Notes under the pieces: generated by a model | What the model was told of the DNA's origin: nothing | Databases searched by the model: none | What the model saw: the letters and a program-made list of their open reading frames with translations, nothing else | Made by a program: the position numbers and the translations under genes | Origin: Patellaria atrata CBS 101060 | Taxonomy: Eukaryota | NCBI GenBank assembly: GCA_010093705.1 | Contig: MU006092.1 | Location: 68,623-132,622 of the forward strand | Direction of reading: 5' to 3' | Length of the DNA: 64,000 nucleotides | Part shown: in pieces, positions 1-11,892 of the stretch | Position numbering within the stretch: the stretch's first letter is position 1 | Layout of the letters: each line of letters opens with the position of its first letter

Positions 1-517
1 GATTATTACCCTTCAATTGAAGTTGATAAGGTGCATCACGTTTCTTTTGAAAGCACTAACAGTAAAGGTTATAGTACAGTAAGGTAAGTTACGGATTACA
101 GGACTAAGCTGCATTGAAACTGGCCTCACTATTCCCAACCTGGAACTCTACCAAGTTCAGCACCCGCTTCAAGCATCGTGAGATCTCACAGCACCTCATT
201 GCTCAACCCACCCTAATCCGCCACTACATGCGCCCTCCTTTACAATAGTTTTCTCAATTCACTAGTCCTACCAAGACTTTCGCTCATTCTAGGAGTTCCA
301 ACATTTAACAGTCGTCAATGGAGCCTCTCAACCGTTAACCATCGTGTCACTCAAGTGCTGCGGGGTCTTCCGCACACTGAGCCAGGCACTCAATAACAAC
401 AAAGGAAAAGAGGACTTGGACTAACGGGAGCATATCTGCTAGTACAGTTCGTAGGTTCTGCTGTTAGTGCATGTTCGCGCTAATGAAGGTTCGAGTACAG
501 GAGGGATCGCGGTCAAA

Positions 518-1784
518 ATGTCTCTTCCAAGCTCGAGTGTAGCACCTTCCGATTCTCAGCAATATGCTACCACACACTCCGCGGGAGATGAAGGCGTAGA
601 AAAGGCGGCTTCCTTTAGTCGTTCAACATCCACCATTGCTTTCTACTGTGCGAAGATGCCAAACTCCTCCATAAACAGTATTTGTGGAGCACTGGCCGGC
701 GTTGCTTCTGGTATCGTCACATGTCCTCTCGACGTTATAAAAACGAAATTGCAAGCGCAAGGAGCTTTCAGAATACAGGGACGAAGAACGATACCACGGT
801 CAAGTCAGGTATATCAGGGGATGATTGGCACAGCGCGAGTGATATGGACAGAGGATGGCTTTCGCGGACTGTATCGAGGGCTTAGCCCTATGCTTCTTGG
901 ATATCTTCCCACTTGGGCCGTGTATATGACCGTTTACGAGAGCTCTAAGGACTATTACTATACTAAGCTAGGTATGTATTGGTCTCCCTACTAATTATCC
1001 ACTCCTAACAATACATCCAGAAAGTAAGTGGCATGCTCGAATATACGCATCCATCACCGCTGGTGCATGCTCTACATTAGCCACAAACCCTATATGGGTC
1101 ATAAAAACGAGACTTATGTCTCAAGTAAGTTCTAGAGCATCAAAGCAAGCCAGAACACCCTGGCACTATAAGTCGACCCTCGACGCCGCTCGCAAGATGT
1201 ACCGCGCTGAAGGTATCGGCGCGTTTTATTCTGGCCTGACACCAGCTCTCCTCGGTTTAACACATGTTGCAATTCAGTTTCCGTTGTATGAATTCCTCAA
1301 GCAGAATTTCACTGGCCTCGAAATGGGCGAGAATACCCCTTCCGATAAAGATGTGCACTGGGCGGGAATTCTTGCTGCGACTTTTCTGAGTAAAATATGC
1401 GCTACATCCGCAACATATCCGCACGAGGTTCTTCGGACCCGATTACAGACCCAACAGCGATCCCAACCATCACACTCCCCAGAAGGCATTACTTTCAGAG
1501 GTGGCGCAGAGCCAGGTAATAGACAGAGATCATCTCTTGGCGCTTCTTCCGACGGGATGCTCAATCTACCTCGATATCGCGGGGTCCTACGTACCTTCAA
1601 GGTGATTCTTCAGGAAGAGGGTTGGAGAGCCTTCTATAACGGTATGGGTACAAACATGATCCGTGCTGTGCCTGCCGCAATGACGACAATGCTCACTTTC
1701 GAGACCCTTAAGAGCGCAATGTACTCACTTCGGGAGGAAGGGAAGAAACAAATAGAGGACGACGATTCAATGAAGCATGAATAG
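518..1784 (+). CDS. YIA6: Mitochondrial carrier, NAD+ transporter-like (YIA6/NDT1 family); exons 518-971 and 1021-1784
   Basis: Three carrier signatures (CPLDVIKTKLQ, NPIWVIKTRLM, YPHEVLRTRLQ). The intron 972-1020 (GTATGT..CTAAC..CAG) joins the two ORFs in frame. The exact start is uncertain. Confidence 0.85.
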
Positions 1785-2384
1785 CTGACTTTTTCCAACT
1801 GATTCAAATTCTCTTAGCACCTTTGAAGATTTTCTCTCCGTTGCGTCATCTGGCGTTGGAACTACAGCATTATTAGTTCCGAGGATTCTGGAACTTCGTC
1901 TTCTTGAAGGCTATTTTTCAAGTCCTTTTTTAGCATTATTGCGCGGTCCCGGGATTAAGGTAGTACGGTGTTATTGGTGTATGCGAGATATTGGTTCATT
2001 CTACACATTTGCAGCAAGTCTGCAGTCTTATCGTCCGGTTTAAGGGGGCTTACCTATTACAGTCACCAGATGTGACTTTATCAACTCATCGGGGACGGAT
2101 AAGGGTTATCGCATCGATCGTCGGAACTATAAAGTGGGGACAAGGGAGGAGACTGTACATTTGGATCAATTGTGCGCTCATAGCACTATCTGTACATGAA
2201 TTTTTTCCATGATCCTAGTATAAGTACAAGCGTACTGACTACCAAATCAAGCCTATAAATTCTAAATCTCAAACGCCGTTTTATGCATAATCCAGGCGAA
2301 ATAAGGTCGCATAACCGGATATTACCAATGCCTACCCACACTTCCATCTCCCAATATTCCCCCCTTTACCCTCTTCTAACACTC

Positions 2385-2920
2385 CTACCCCCCTCCTTCC
2401 TCCCTTGTTCCTTGTCTCTCGTTCCCACCTCCCATCTCTCTCTTATGTCCTTTTCCCCTTGCCCTCCTCACATCTTCTCTCAATGCCTCTCCAAAAGTCT
2501 TCGCATCATCCTCTACTTTCTCCATTACGCCATGTCGCCGCAAGTTTTCAGCATACCAGTTCATCTGCCCGCCGTCCGCTTCACGGTGCTTCTGTGCATT
2601 CAGTTTTGCCGCGCGGATCGAGGTGCGCGCGTAGATGAAGAGGAGACCGGCCATTGTTAACGCGGCGAGGGGGGCTGTGAGGGTCTGAGGTGGGGAGTTA
2701 GCGGAGGTGTTGTAGAGAGTGGACGACAGGATATTCCGGAGTTATCAGGATCATAGAGTAAGGGGATATATGTGTTTCGAGTCAAGGAAATTTGGAGAGG
2801 GAAAGGAGCAAATACTCTGCCATTGATACTGCGACCCCAGCTGCGTGCGTGTGGTGACGTTGGCTGGGAGATTTCGGAGGTTTTGTCTGGGGAGTGCGGC
2901 ATCGAGAGGCGGCCGCCCAT
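2385..2920 (-). CDS. Small uncharacterised fungal protein with one predicted TM segment; two exons
   Basis: Exon 1 reads MGGRLSMPHSP... A branch site and acceptor (CTAAC..CTCAG) near 2685-2700 lead into TLTAPLAALTMAGLLFIYARTSIRAAKLNAQKHREADGGQ. The donor position is uncertain. Confidence 0.7.
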
Positions 2921-3451
2921 TTTGATATTCAGTCGTCAGCCGTGCGGTTTGGGGTTGGGGGAACTAAGAGGTACGTGGTATATGATTTTGCGACTACATA
3001 TGTAGCGTTATATTTGGTATCTCTTTTCTCGTCTGATCTGAGCTTTAAAGTATGTAGAGCTCCTTAAGGTAGGTACTTCGTAGAGCCTGTGATGCCCCGA
3101 GCTTTGGGTTGATGTCATAAGGGGGCTAGGCTCGATCAGGAAGTGTATCACTGAATTCGGGCTTTACGGTTGACTTTACATTTTCCATCATCTCCACGTT
3201 CGTCGAGAGGGAGGATTCAAATTGACTTGTTACAGGTCACGATATTTTACTATCCAAGATGTCTTCCTTGAAGTAGTGCTAGAAGTAGATGGGAAGGTAT
3301 AAGGTATGCACCAAACTGAACATGCAATACATCACGAATTGCTTAACCACTGCAAAAATGTTTTGGGGGAGGTTCGTATTATAAGGTCGAAAGCCTATCT
3401 GATATTTCAAACGTTTAACCACTACTTCGCGTATGAACTCAATCTAACCCT

Positions 3452-4225
3452 TTAAGTAGTCCTCATAACTGTCATCGTATGGACGTAGCGCAACTTCCCA
3501 TTCTCAACACGGAACTCATGACTATCAGGCAGGCCACCATTGGTGCCTCCGAAGTCTAGGAAAACGTCAACGGTACCCAACACCTCGTCAATGACGTAGC
3601 GACGCCTAGTGAGCTGGACGCCACTCGGTACCCCAACGTTACAGCTATCAGTTGGGCTGTTTTTGCCAGTATATGCACCACCCTCGAGGCGTGCACACGG
3701 CGTACCCCAGGGAACAACAACGCTTTTGTCGTTGAAGAGATCTAGATAGGCATCTCCCGCTGCTTTGATAACAGCCCGGGTGTCCTGCGTTGTAACGGGA
3801 TCCCACTTCTCTTGCGATGCCCACTTGAGCGTATCCTTAGCGTTAAAGAGCCAGTCTCCTTGTGTGGTAACAATGCTCTCGACGTTTGTGGCATTACCCG
3901 CAAATCGTTGCTGGAAACCGATAACATATCCAACAGGGTCAGTGACAATCAACTCGGTGAATGTGGCGCATTCTGTTGTGTCGTATGTGCTGCGCTGGTG
4001 ATCAACCTTGAGCGCTTTGGAGAGTATGCCACTCGCGATGCTCATAGACTTCTTGTTCTCAATGTAGGAATCCGCAGCAATGGGTGTGCCTGCAGTCTGG
4101 GCTGCAACCAAAGCGGTGGTCTTTTCTTGAAGCCACGCGCGGTCGCAAGCGGCGCGCGCTGTGAAAGGTGCAGCCAAAGCTGGGGAGGCCACAAGGACCG
4201 CGCTGAAAAGGGTCGAATAAATCAT
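3452..4225 (-). CDS. Intronless secreted protein of unknown function (257 aa, 4 Cys)
   Basis: Signal peptide MIYSTLFSAVLVASPALA; an internally duplicated, beta-rich-looking body; TATA-like (TA)n run at about 4327-4338. Confidence 0.85.
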   Translation of the reverse strand: MIYSTLFSAVLVASPALAAPFTARAACDRAWLQEKTTALVAAQTAGTPIAADSYIENKKSMSIASGILSKALKVDHQRSTYDTTECATFTELIVTDPVGYVIGFQQRFAGNATNVESIVTTQGDWLFNAKDTLKWASQEKWDPVTTQDTRAVIKAAGDAYLDLFNDKSVVVPWGTPCARLEGGAYTGKNSPTDSCNVGVPSGVQLTRRRYVIDEVLGTVDVFLDFGGTNGGLPDSHEFRVENGKLRYVHTMTVMRTT

Positions 4226-5651
4226 CTTGCTCCTTTATCGATTTTGATAGCGTAGGTCGTGTCACGAGTCCTGCGGAGAGTGGAATCGAACCGTTTTTAT
4301 TCCATGGCGGCGTCTTGGATTTGAAGTATATATATATACGTTTCGAAACAGAGCAAGAAAGAGAGGGGAAATATAGTCCCAAGTATGTGAAGCGGGGCAC
4401 CCTGTCTAATCATAAACCAAATATGTTATTAGATATACTCATCGTGAGGGGACAAGTTTGTTATAGATGCGGTTGCACTATGTTTTATATGTCCTGGACA
4501 TGATAATATTATTCAACTGGCTATCGGCAATACTGCTTGCTCTTACCCTTGGCCGTCGATCCTCCACTGCCGGCATATGTAGTGGATCATGCATGTGTTT
4601 TGCTTCGATATTAACGAAATCGAAATATATGATAGGTCGGCATCTCGAATTTCGGTTTCATGGAAATTCGCCCGTGGTTCTCGAATCCATTCGGACTTCA
4701 ACTGTAGGTCACCGAGACTGGTTTTTGCACCCATCAGTATAGATCATCAAAATGTCCAAACCGACCGCTGGGGCCTAAAGCATAGGGAAGTCCAAGTAAG
4801 GACTCTACCGCGTTAGATACTAGGAGGAATAGAGCTCCTCTATTTTTCTTCGGCTTTGTGATGATGGGAATCGAATAACGAATGAACGAAAGAGAGACAG
4901 GGAGAGAGGGAGATCGCAGATTCAGATACAGAGTTGATGACAGAATGACTGAACGTGATATTAGATTTCTAAAAATTGACGTTCGACTGAGTGACTATAA
5001 ACCAATTATCTTGCAATAGTATGCGAGTAAAGAAGGTCAGTAAGATGATGGGTCTGAGGTAAGGAGCAGAAGCTCAAGCATTATTGCTGATTCTGACAAG
5101 TAGTTCAGTATGAGAAAGCGAACATTGTAGTTTAAGGATTTGTAATCACCATAGGATCCGCGTATTATCCTTTCAGTGTTCTGACAATAGGAGATTCGAA
5201 GGTATGAAGTTACTTTGTACATTTCAAGGGTTGATGGTTCGCCTATAAATAATTCAAGAGCTACTTACTGCAGCTGGTTCTACAATACAACCTCATGTTT
5301 CAAAACCGGTATAGACAAGCTAACTGACTGACTCGGGTGTTATCTAGTACAGTATATTATACGTATATGATATTGCAGCTTTCACTAATAAGGGGGTAGA
5401 CCAAAAATGAGACTAGAACTGACAATACTCCGTAGTTCATCACTGATCAGGGGTTGAGTAAACGTCATAAATAAACACACCGCGTCTCCCACATATAAAA
5501 GTCGCGTCATATCCATTACCTTTCACTTTTATCGAATTCCCTCGTCTTCCTACAAGTATTTCTTCGCTAAAGATTGTATCTCTGTCAATTGCCCTCCTCC
5601 TGTAATCTACTTTCACATGTTAATTCATTATGGTTGAGCCTCTACGAAAGC

Positions 5652-5675
5652 GAAGGCGAAGGCGAAGGCGAAGGC
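5652..5675. repeat. (GAAGGC)4 microsatellite
   Basis: Four perfect copies seen directly. Confidence 0.9.
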
Positions 5676-5789
5676 GATCCTTACTTGCAGCTTCGGCTGA
5701 CGCAGATGACCTATAACGAATACTCCGAGAGGGCCCGTCAAACAAAAATGGTAAGAAGAAAAATAATTCGATTAGCCATTGGATAAAGG

Positions 5790-7055
5790 ATGGAACCTGG
5801 CCGAAAGCTTTCTTCGAAACTTCTCAAATTGAACGCTCACGGTGGACCCCCGAGGTACATCGTTCACCGAAAAGACCAAAAAAAAACCGAGAAAATACCC
5901 GAGTCTGTATCATATGAGCAAGAGTTGGAAAGAGCGGGCATTTTCCTTTCTCCCTTGCGCTCGGGTTATGATCCCATTTCGACTGCATGTTCTCAACTCT
6001 GCAGAAGTCTGTTGAAGGGCAAATATGTTACTCCGGAAGGTATTCTATTTAGGAATTCCTCTTAATGGGTTGTACAACGTCGTATGACCAAGGAGAGAAT
6101 CTTCAGAGATATCACGCAATATCTTGTCCCTTCAGCCGAAGAACTTAATTTCCGCGGTTTTTACAAAATAAACACTTGGTGGAGGAGCTCAATGCCCAGT
6201 GGCCCAAGTGTAAGAACCTTGCACGTCCATCCCCGAGACCAGACTTCACTGTTGGACTTAATCTACGTGGCTTCGAGAATAATTAAAGGGAGAAGCTGAT
6301 GTCTTATTGTGGACTCGAGAAACCAGCACTGTTTACACTCGATCCCGCGTTTCCTTTCCTTTCGTGTGAAGTTTCTCACGAGAAAATCGAACCGGATAGC
6401 GCTGACCGTGAAAACGCCCATAACGCCAGTGTAGCAATGGACGCAATCGTACAATTATATAGGACGGTGTTAATAGCAGATACAATTCATGGAAAGATTC
6501 CTTTCTTCTCTATTTCACACAACGAGCAGACTCTTAGGATATATGGTTATTATCCGCTAATCTACGGTGAGAGAACCGTTTACTGTCGTCCTGCTATCCG
6601 CATGTTCGACTTCATAGCAAATAAGGAGAAAGATCAGTGGAAAGCGTACAATTTCACCCGGAATCTTTACGAACGATTTGCCCCAATACACTTGAAAAGA
6701 ATCCAAGACGCAACTATCCTTGATGCAAAGCTCGGATACGGAAACATCCCCGTCAAATGCGAGCTCGGAGCACATAACAGAAGGTACAGACTGTGAACTG
6801 TCTCAACCAGCGATATTCTGCGGTCAGGTCCGAGATACAACTCCTGTTGACGACAACGAATCAATGACGACCTCAGTCTCGGCATCTAGCTGGGGTGCCG
6901 TTATAAAGGAACTCCGGCGGCTAGACATACACACCAAAGATCTATTCGATCGACTTGAGAAGTGGACTGAGTGTCGGCATGCCGACCCTCTGGAACTTAC
7001 TGAATCAGGAGAACCAAATTCACCTTTGGCGACGCGAGCTCTTGGAAATCGCTGA
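5790..7055 (+). pseudogene. Disrupted fungal PD-(D/E)XK-like (DUF7924-type) gene
   Basis: Collinear family motifs RIFRDITQYLVPSAE, RPDFTVG, FPFLSCEV, ADRENAHN, FSISHN..LRIYGYYP and WKAYNFTRNLY. They are interrupted by in-frame TAA at 6063 and 6284 and by frameshifts near 6170 and 6715. Confidence 0.75.
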
Positions 7056-8616
7056 TGATGTGGTTGACAGGAGGTATCTGACTCGGGAAAGATATATTCA
7101 GCTTAACAACATGCGCACTGAATATAATGCGTGAGAGAAGGAAACCGAAGCCAAGTTTATGCAGCTTATAGTGGGGAGTTTTAATGGTTTCGAACTCTCT
7201 GGAGTAGCGTAGATACATCTACATGCTTTTTGTTGCGTAAGATGGCCTCGCAAATTATATCGCTTCTCGTCTTTTCTAAGATTATATATGAACTTAACCC
7301 TCATAAATAGCCGCTCCCTTTCCTTGTGTCATAAATAGATTTCTTAAGACATTAGCCTGTACAATACAATATGAATGTTCAGATATATCTAAACTTATCT
7401 TTCACCGTCGTAAAACTTTGCAAGGCTCGAAGGATAGTAACTATAAGAATGTAAAACCATATAGAGCCTGATATTAGCCATACGCAAAATTACTTTCAGC
7501 TTCCCGTTAAGGTAGTCACTGTAAACACTACCACTGGAGTATCACCCTAGTCTAATGACTTAAAAGGACAATAGTAACGCCGGTTTCAAGAAGTCTGATC
7601 GGGGACTGAGACAATATCATCACAGCTTTCATCCAACAACTTTAGATTTCACACCATAACAAGATCAGCCCTGTACAACTCAATGTGCACTGACGAAGAG
7701 TACGGACATTTATCCAGCGGGCACATATCATACGCGGCATTTTTCCCTTCCAGGAAGAGCAGGAAATAGTGGAACCGACGTACAGTAAACGAAGAACGAA
7801 CTCTCAAGGTGTGATTATAAGGAAGACGTGAACCGCATAGTGTACGTACAGCACCAAAAGACTTATTAACCGTGACAGGGCGAAAGATTACTTCAACCAC
7901 TCGTCTATGGGATAAGCAAAACCCTTAGGAACCCCGGAATGCCCTCGTAAAATGACGCTGCCCAAGTTGTGGCCACACTGCGGTCCATATCCAGTAAGCA
8001 ACCGTACAGGACTAATCGTCCTGGATATAGCTGAATATGAGACTGGGGAAGTGAAGATCCGCGATGTACGAGATCCAAATGGGGTCAACAGGAGAGCGTA
8101 TACCGCGCGTGGAACAGGTTTAATTGATGGACAGTACTCAAAGACTGCACTGTACAGTAAGATACTGCAAAAGAAACTGTTAGTTCTAGCGCAACGGACA
8201 AGCTAAATATCTGGCTCCGGAGAACGGAAAGACTAGTGTACAGCGTACATGAATCGACATTGGTGAAATGGATGGTAGGTAAGGGAGGAGATGTATGGCG
8301 AGGTAGGAGATGTCCAAGGGGTATTTTCCGATGTTGCGACTGACCGTACCGTAAGGCATAGTTGTTGAAAGATACACACGTTCAAATCCACGGGACCCGT
8401 TTAGAAAAACTGCGGGTAGTTGAAAGGGTAATTTGACCGTCCAATATCTTCAGTAGATGTTAAAGGCCGACTCTCCAAGTACAGTACGCATTCAAGTGTC
8501 ACTGGACGACTCACGAAACTTTCCTGTGGAATTTTCTGCATGGTCATTGGCCATTATGGAGATTCACAGCTGCCATACAAGTACTAACAATTCTTACCCT
8601 GAACACTCTCAATACC

Positions 8617-10890
8617 TCACAGCTTGAACCCACTCCCGACACTCTTCGGCCCATGTTTCGCCATCTTACCCTCTATATCCCTGATCTCACCCTTCTTCCC
8701 AATGACCTTAACGCCACCCTTCTTCAGATCTCCGATAATATTGATTCTCTCTTCCACCTTCTTACTGACCGGTTTGCCCTGTAACCCACCGGCCTTCTTA
8801 ACCCTCTGTTTCTCTCTCCGTCTACGCCTCAACTTCTCCTCTCTTGATAACTCTTCTCTCGCGATGGGCATACCACCCTTCGTCACCACCTCCCCATTTA
8901 CCTTCTCGGTGCCAGGTTTGTACAGCTCCTGTGGTGCAAGCATACTCGCGTTGCCCACCTCCCCACCGATGGTAGGCCTCGCATCCTCTATCATGATCGT
9001 AGGTGCATCCGTACGAATTTCTAGGCTAGGGGTCACAGTTTTCGGGCGATAATGCCACGAGCTCAATGAGTCGAGTTTTGCGCTAACTTCCTTCCACAAC
9101 TTCTCAATCTCTCTGTGCTCCGCCTTCAATTTTTCGTCTTTTACATCGACGAAGTTAGGATCCGTGGCGCGAAGATGCTCGTCCTCGTACTCCTCAGCGA
9201 GGCCCTTTTTCGCTTTCGTATCATCGAGTTCGAAGAGCCCACGTCGCGCTTTCGGGCCAGTTGCAAGGTTATCTGGGCGTCGACGAATCACTTCGTCAAA
9301 TTGGCGCGCGACGATGCGGCGTTTGATTAGTTCCTCAATGTCTTCGCTCACTTCAGCTGTAATAACTGGGACCGGTTTGCCGGCGCGTTCGAACTCCAAA
9401 TCCTCTTCCAGAAGGGAGTTTATGGGTCGGTCCACGGCGCGGGCTTCACCGGCAAGGACCCATTCGCGTTTGGCAACATTGGCGGCTTCGAGACGGCGGA
9501 TCTCTTCTGCGAGTTTTGCTTGCCGTCTCTCGTGGTTGGAGCGACGGGATTTGGGATCAGCTGGGTCCCTGTCGCTAAGAGCGTCATCGGAATCAGAGTG
9601 TTCGGATTCCGAAAATAGATCTCGGTGAACGGAGTCAATGGTACGTTGCATAGTCTCCTCGTCGTTAGGATGGGTCTGTGGCTTCTCTTGTTCTAGATCC
9701 TTGACTGGGAAGTTGTGTGGATTCGGACGACCTCGTTTATTTTTCCTTGCTTTCTGAGGTGGTGGCTCAAAGAAGTCGGCGTACATAACATTATTCGTGT
9801 TTGTTATGCCGTTTGTATCTAGCATATCTTCATCCTCGGACAGGTCCATATCACTTGCACCCTCGGGCGCATTAAGATCGACATCTCCAAATGTGGGACC
9901 CTCTTCGTCATCGTCATCATCATCATCTTCTTCTTCGTCCTCGTAGTCGGCTGAAGGGCCAGGTCTGAATTTGCTGCTCTGATTAGCAGCTAATGGATCG
10001 GCATCGAAGTCGATGTCTTCCTCATCACTTGCTCGACCGTCGTCAGGATCCCCCCTTTCATCCTGCTGAGTAAGAAATTCCGATTGTTTGTTGAAATCAT
10101 CAATCGAGAAGAAGCCATCATTTAGTCCGTGAGGATCGGGGACGAATGTTTCGCTGGATTTTATTTCCACAGAGGGGTCCGCGCCATCCTCGAGGATACC
10201 GTTTATATCCATATCTTCGTTACCCTCCAATTCTTCTTCATCTCCTTCTTCTATATCATCGCCCTCTTTCATGTCGGTGTCTTCCAAATGATCACTCCCA
10301 GATATACTATCCTCTTCGGAAAACCCGCTAACGTCCTCTCCACTTAAATTATCTTCTTCCTCATCTGAATCATCCACCTCGAATCCGTCATCAAATCTAA
10401 CCATCTTGACTGGTCCATTTGTACCCTGGTCATCAAGACTGTCTGAGTCTCCGTTGGTCTGGTGATGCGCGTTCTCGCCTTCGGGTAGCGCCTGCTCAAC
10501 CTCTTCTCTTGCAGCATCTAAAACCTTCCTTGCCTGCTCCCAGACTTGATCTACTCCGAACCCTTCTGTATGAATTTGTTTCAGTCGTAGAACCCGGGTA
10601 TTTGTCTCATTGTCTCCCCTCTTTCTCTTTTTTCTTAGATTTTTTAATCGGTTGGATTGGACTTCGCTAATGCCAGAAGCGAGGGGATCAAGGTAACGCT
10701 TAGCAAGCACAATTGATGCGGAATGTAGCGATGACGTAGGTTGTAAGAAGGAGTGTGGAGAGCGTTGCAAAGTGGCGAGGAGTGCCTGGGTGGAAGAGGG
10801 ATGCAGATCCATTGGAGGTGGGTGGAAAGACTGCGCGGATAGAGTATGGGAGGATATGGAACCTGTTGGGGAGAAGGACAGGGTTGTCAT
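8617..10890 (-). CDS. MPP10: U3 snoRNP / SSU processome protein Mpp10
   Basis: 757-aa intronless ORF with acidic tracts and the motifs GLNDGFFSIDDFN, W.LAGEA...RP.NSLLEEDLEFE and LDSLSSWHY.PK. Confidence 0.95.
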   Translation of the reverse strand: MTTLSFSPTGSISSHTLSAQSFHPPPMDLHPSSTQALLATLQRSPHSFLQPTSSLHSASIVLAKRYLDPLASGISEVQSNRLKNLRKKRKRGDNETNTRVLRLKQIHTEGFGVDQVWEQARKVLDAAREEVEQALPEGENAHHQTNGDSDSLDDQGTNGPVKMVRFDDGFEVDDSDEEEDNLSGEDVSGFSEEDSISGSDHLEDTDMKEGDDIEEGDEEELEGNEDMDINGILEDGADPSVEIKSSETFVPDPHGLNDGFFSIDDFNKQSEFLTQQDERGDPDDGRASDEEDIDFDADPLAANQSSKFRPGPSADYEDEEEDDDDDDDEEGPTFGDVDLNAPEGASDMDLSEDEDMLDTNGITNTNNVMYADFFEPPPQKARKNKRGRPNPHNFPVKDLEQEKPQTHPNDEETMQRTIDSVHRDLFSESEHSDSDDALSDRDPADPKSRRSNHERRQAKLAEEIRRLEAANVAKREWVLAGEARAVDRPINSLLEEDLEFERAGKPVPVITAEVSEDIEELIKRRIVARQFDEVIRRRPDNLATGPKARRGLFELDDTKAKKGLAEEYEDEHLRATDPNFVDVKDEKLKAEHREIEKLWKEVSAKLDSLSSWHYRPKTVTPSLEIRTDAPTIMIEDARPTIGGEVGNASMLAPQELYKPGTEKVNGEVVTKGGMPIAREELSREEKLRRRRREKQRVKKAGGLQGKPVSKKVEERINIIGDLKKGGVKVIGKKGEIRDIEGKMAKHGPKSVGSGFKL

Positions 10891-11018
10891 ACTCGAATGA
10901 AATTGGAAAACATTACGGTGTCGAAAGGCGCGGCTAGGTGAAACTGTTAATCACGAACTGTTTGTAAAGGAGTATTGACTTTCGAGAGATGTCGTAAAAA
11001 TTGGCTTCTCCAGAGGGC

Positions 11019-11037
11019 AAATTTTCCCGGGGATGAG
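11019..11037. promoter_or_regulatory. RRPE-like (AAATTTTC) plus PAC-like (GATGAG) pair upstream of MPP10
   Basis: Adjacent motifs about 130-150 bp upstream of a ribosome-biogenesis gene; both are short matches. Confidence 0.4.
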
Positions 11038-11117
11038 TAAGCAACTAAAGGCAACCTCACAATCGCTTAAACCTGCTTCAGTTCGCAGTCTTTCCCCAGT
11101 ATTATACTTGATACTTT

Positions 11118-11449
11118 GCTACCTGCTAACTTTCCTGACTTTGCTAACTTTGCTAACTTTGCTCACTTTGCTCACTTTGCTCACTTTGCTCACTTTGCTC
11201 ACTTTGCTCACTTTGCTCACTTTGCTCACTTTGCTCACNNNNNNNNNNNNNNNNNNNNNNNNNNNNNNNNNNNNNNNNNNNNNNNNNNNNNNNNNNNNNN
11301 NNNNNNNNNNNNNNNNNNNNNNNNNNNNNNNNNNNNNNACTTTGCTCACTTTGCTCACTTTGCTCACTTTGCTCACTTTGCTCACTTTGCTCACTTTGCT
11401 CACTTTGCTCACTTTGCTCACCTTGCTCACTTTGCTCACTTTGCTCACA
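11118..11449. repeat. 9-bp tandem repeat (ACTTTGCTC)n spanning a 100-N assembly gap (11239-11338)
   Basis: At least 20 visible copies on the two sides of the gap; degenerate copies (ACTTTGCTA, ACTTTCCTG) at the left edge. Confidence 0.97.
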
Positions 11450-11700
11450 TCTTCTGTATAGAGTAGACGCTATCAATCGATTCAATTGCGTACTTTATGC
11501 CAATTTAAGTAACATGGGAAAGCATGGAAGAGCTACAGACAACGGAGGTCATGATTGCTCAATACGGCATCCTTTAGAATATCTCACTTCCCTCATCGCA
11601 ACGGAATTACGGCCAGTTCTCTTTTGTCAATTCACTTTCTCGTTATACCGTATGCGTACTATCGAGATTTAACTCTAGTAAAATGAGGGTCGATCAGCAT

Positions 11701-11892
11701 CACGTGGGAGCACTTATCCCATCCTGGAAACGTCGAAAGCGTCTGAAGAGCCCCGCGAACGCATAGTGGAAGATCATTATTATTGCATACGATCGTTGTC
11801 GGTTATTGTTTGATTTATTCGCGGCTGTTAACATGTTCTCCATCGCTGCGTTTTCCTTCTACCCATTCAGGGCTGGAGGTTTACCCACGTGC
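11701..11892. promoter_or_regulatory. Two Pho4/NUC-1-type E-boxes (CACGTGGG at 11701; CCCACGTGC at 11884-11892)
   Basis: Both have the GG flank of high-affinity Pho4 sites and lie 1.3-1.5 kb upstream of an SPX-domain gene. Confidence 0.5.

Noticed and set aside
8617..8630. MPP10 C-terminal FKL as a peroxisomal signal
   Set aside because: Not a canonical PTS1, and the protein is nucleolar.
11033..11485. ORFs of poly-LLT, FAH, SKV or EQS
   Set aside because: Artefacts of a stop-free 9-bp repeat plus an N gap.
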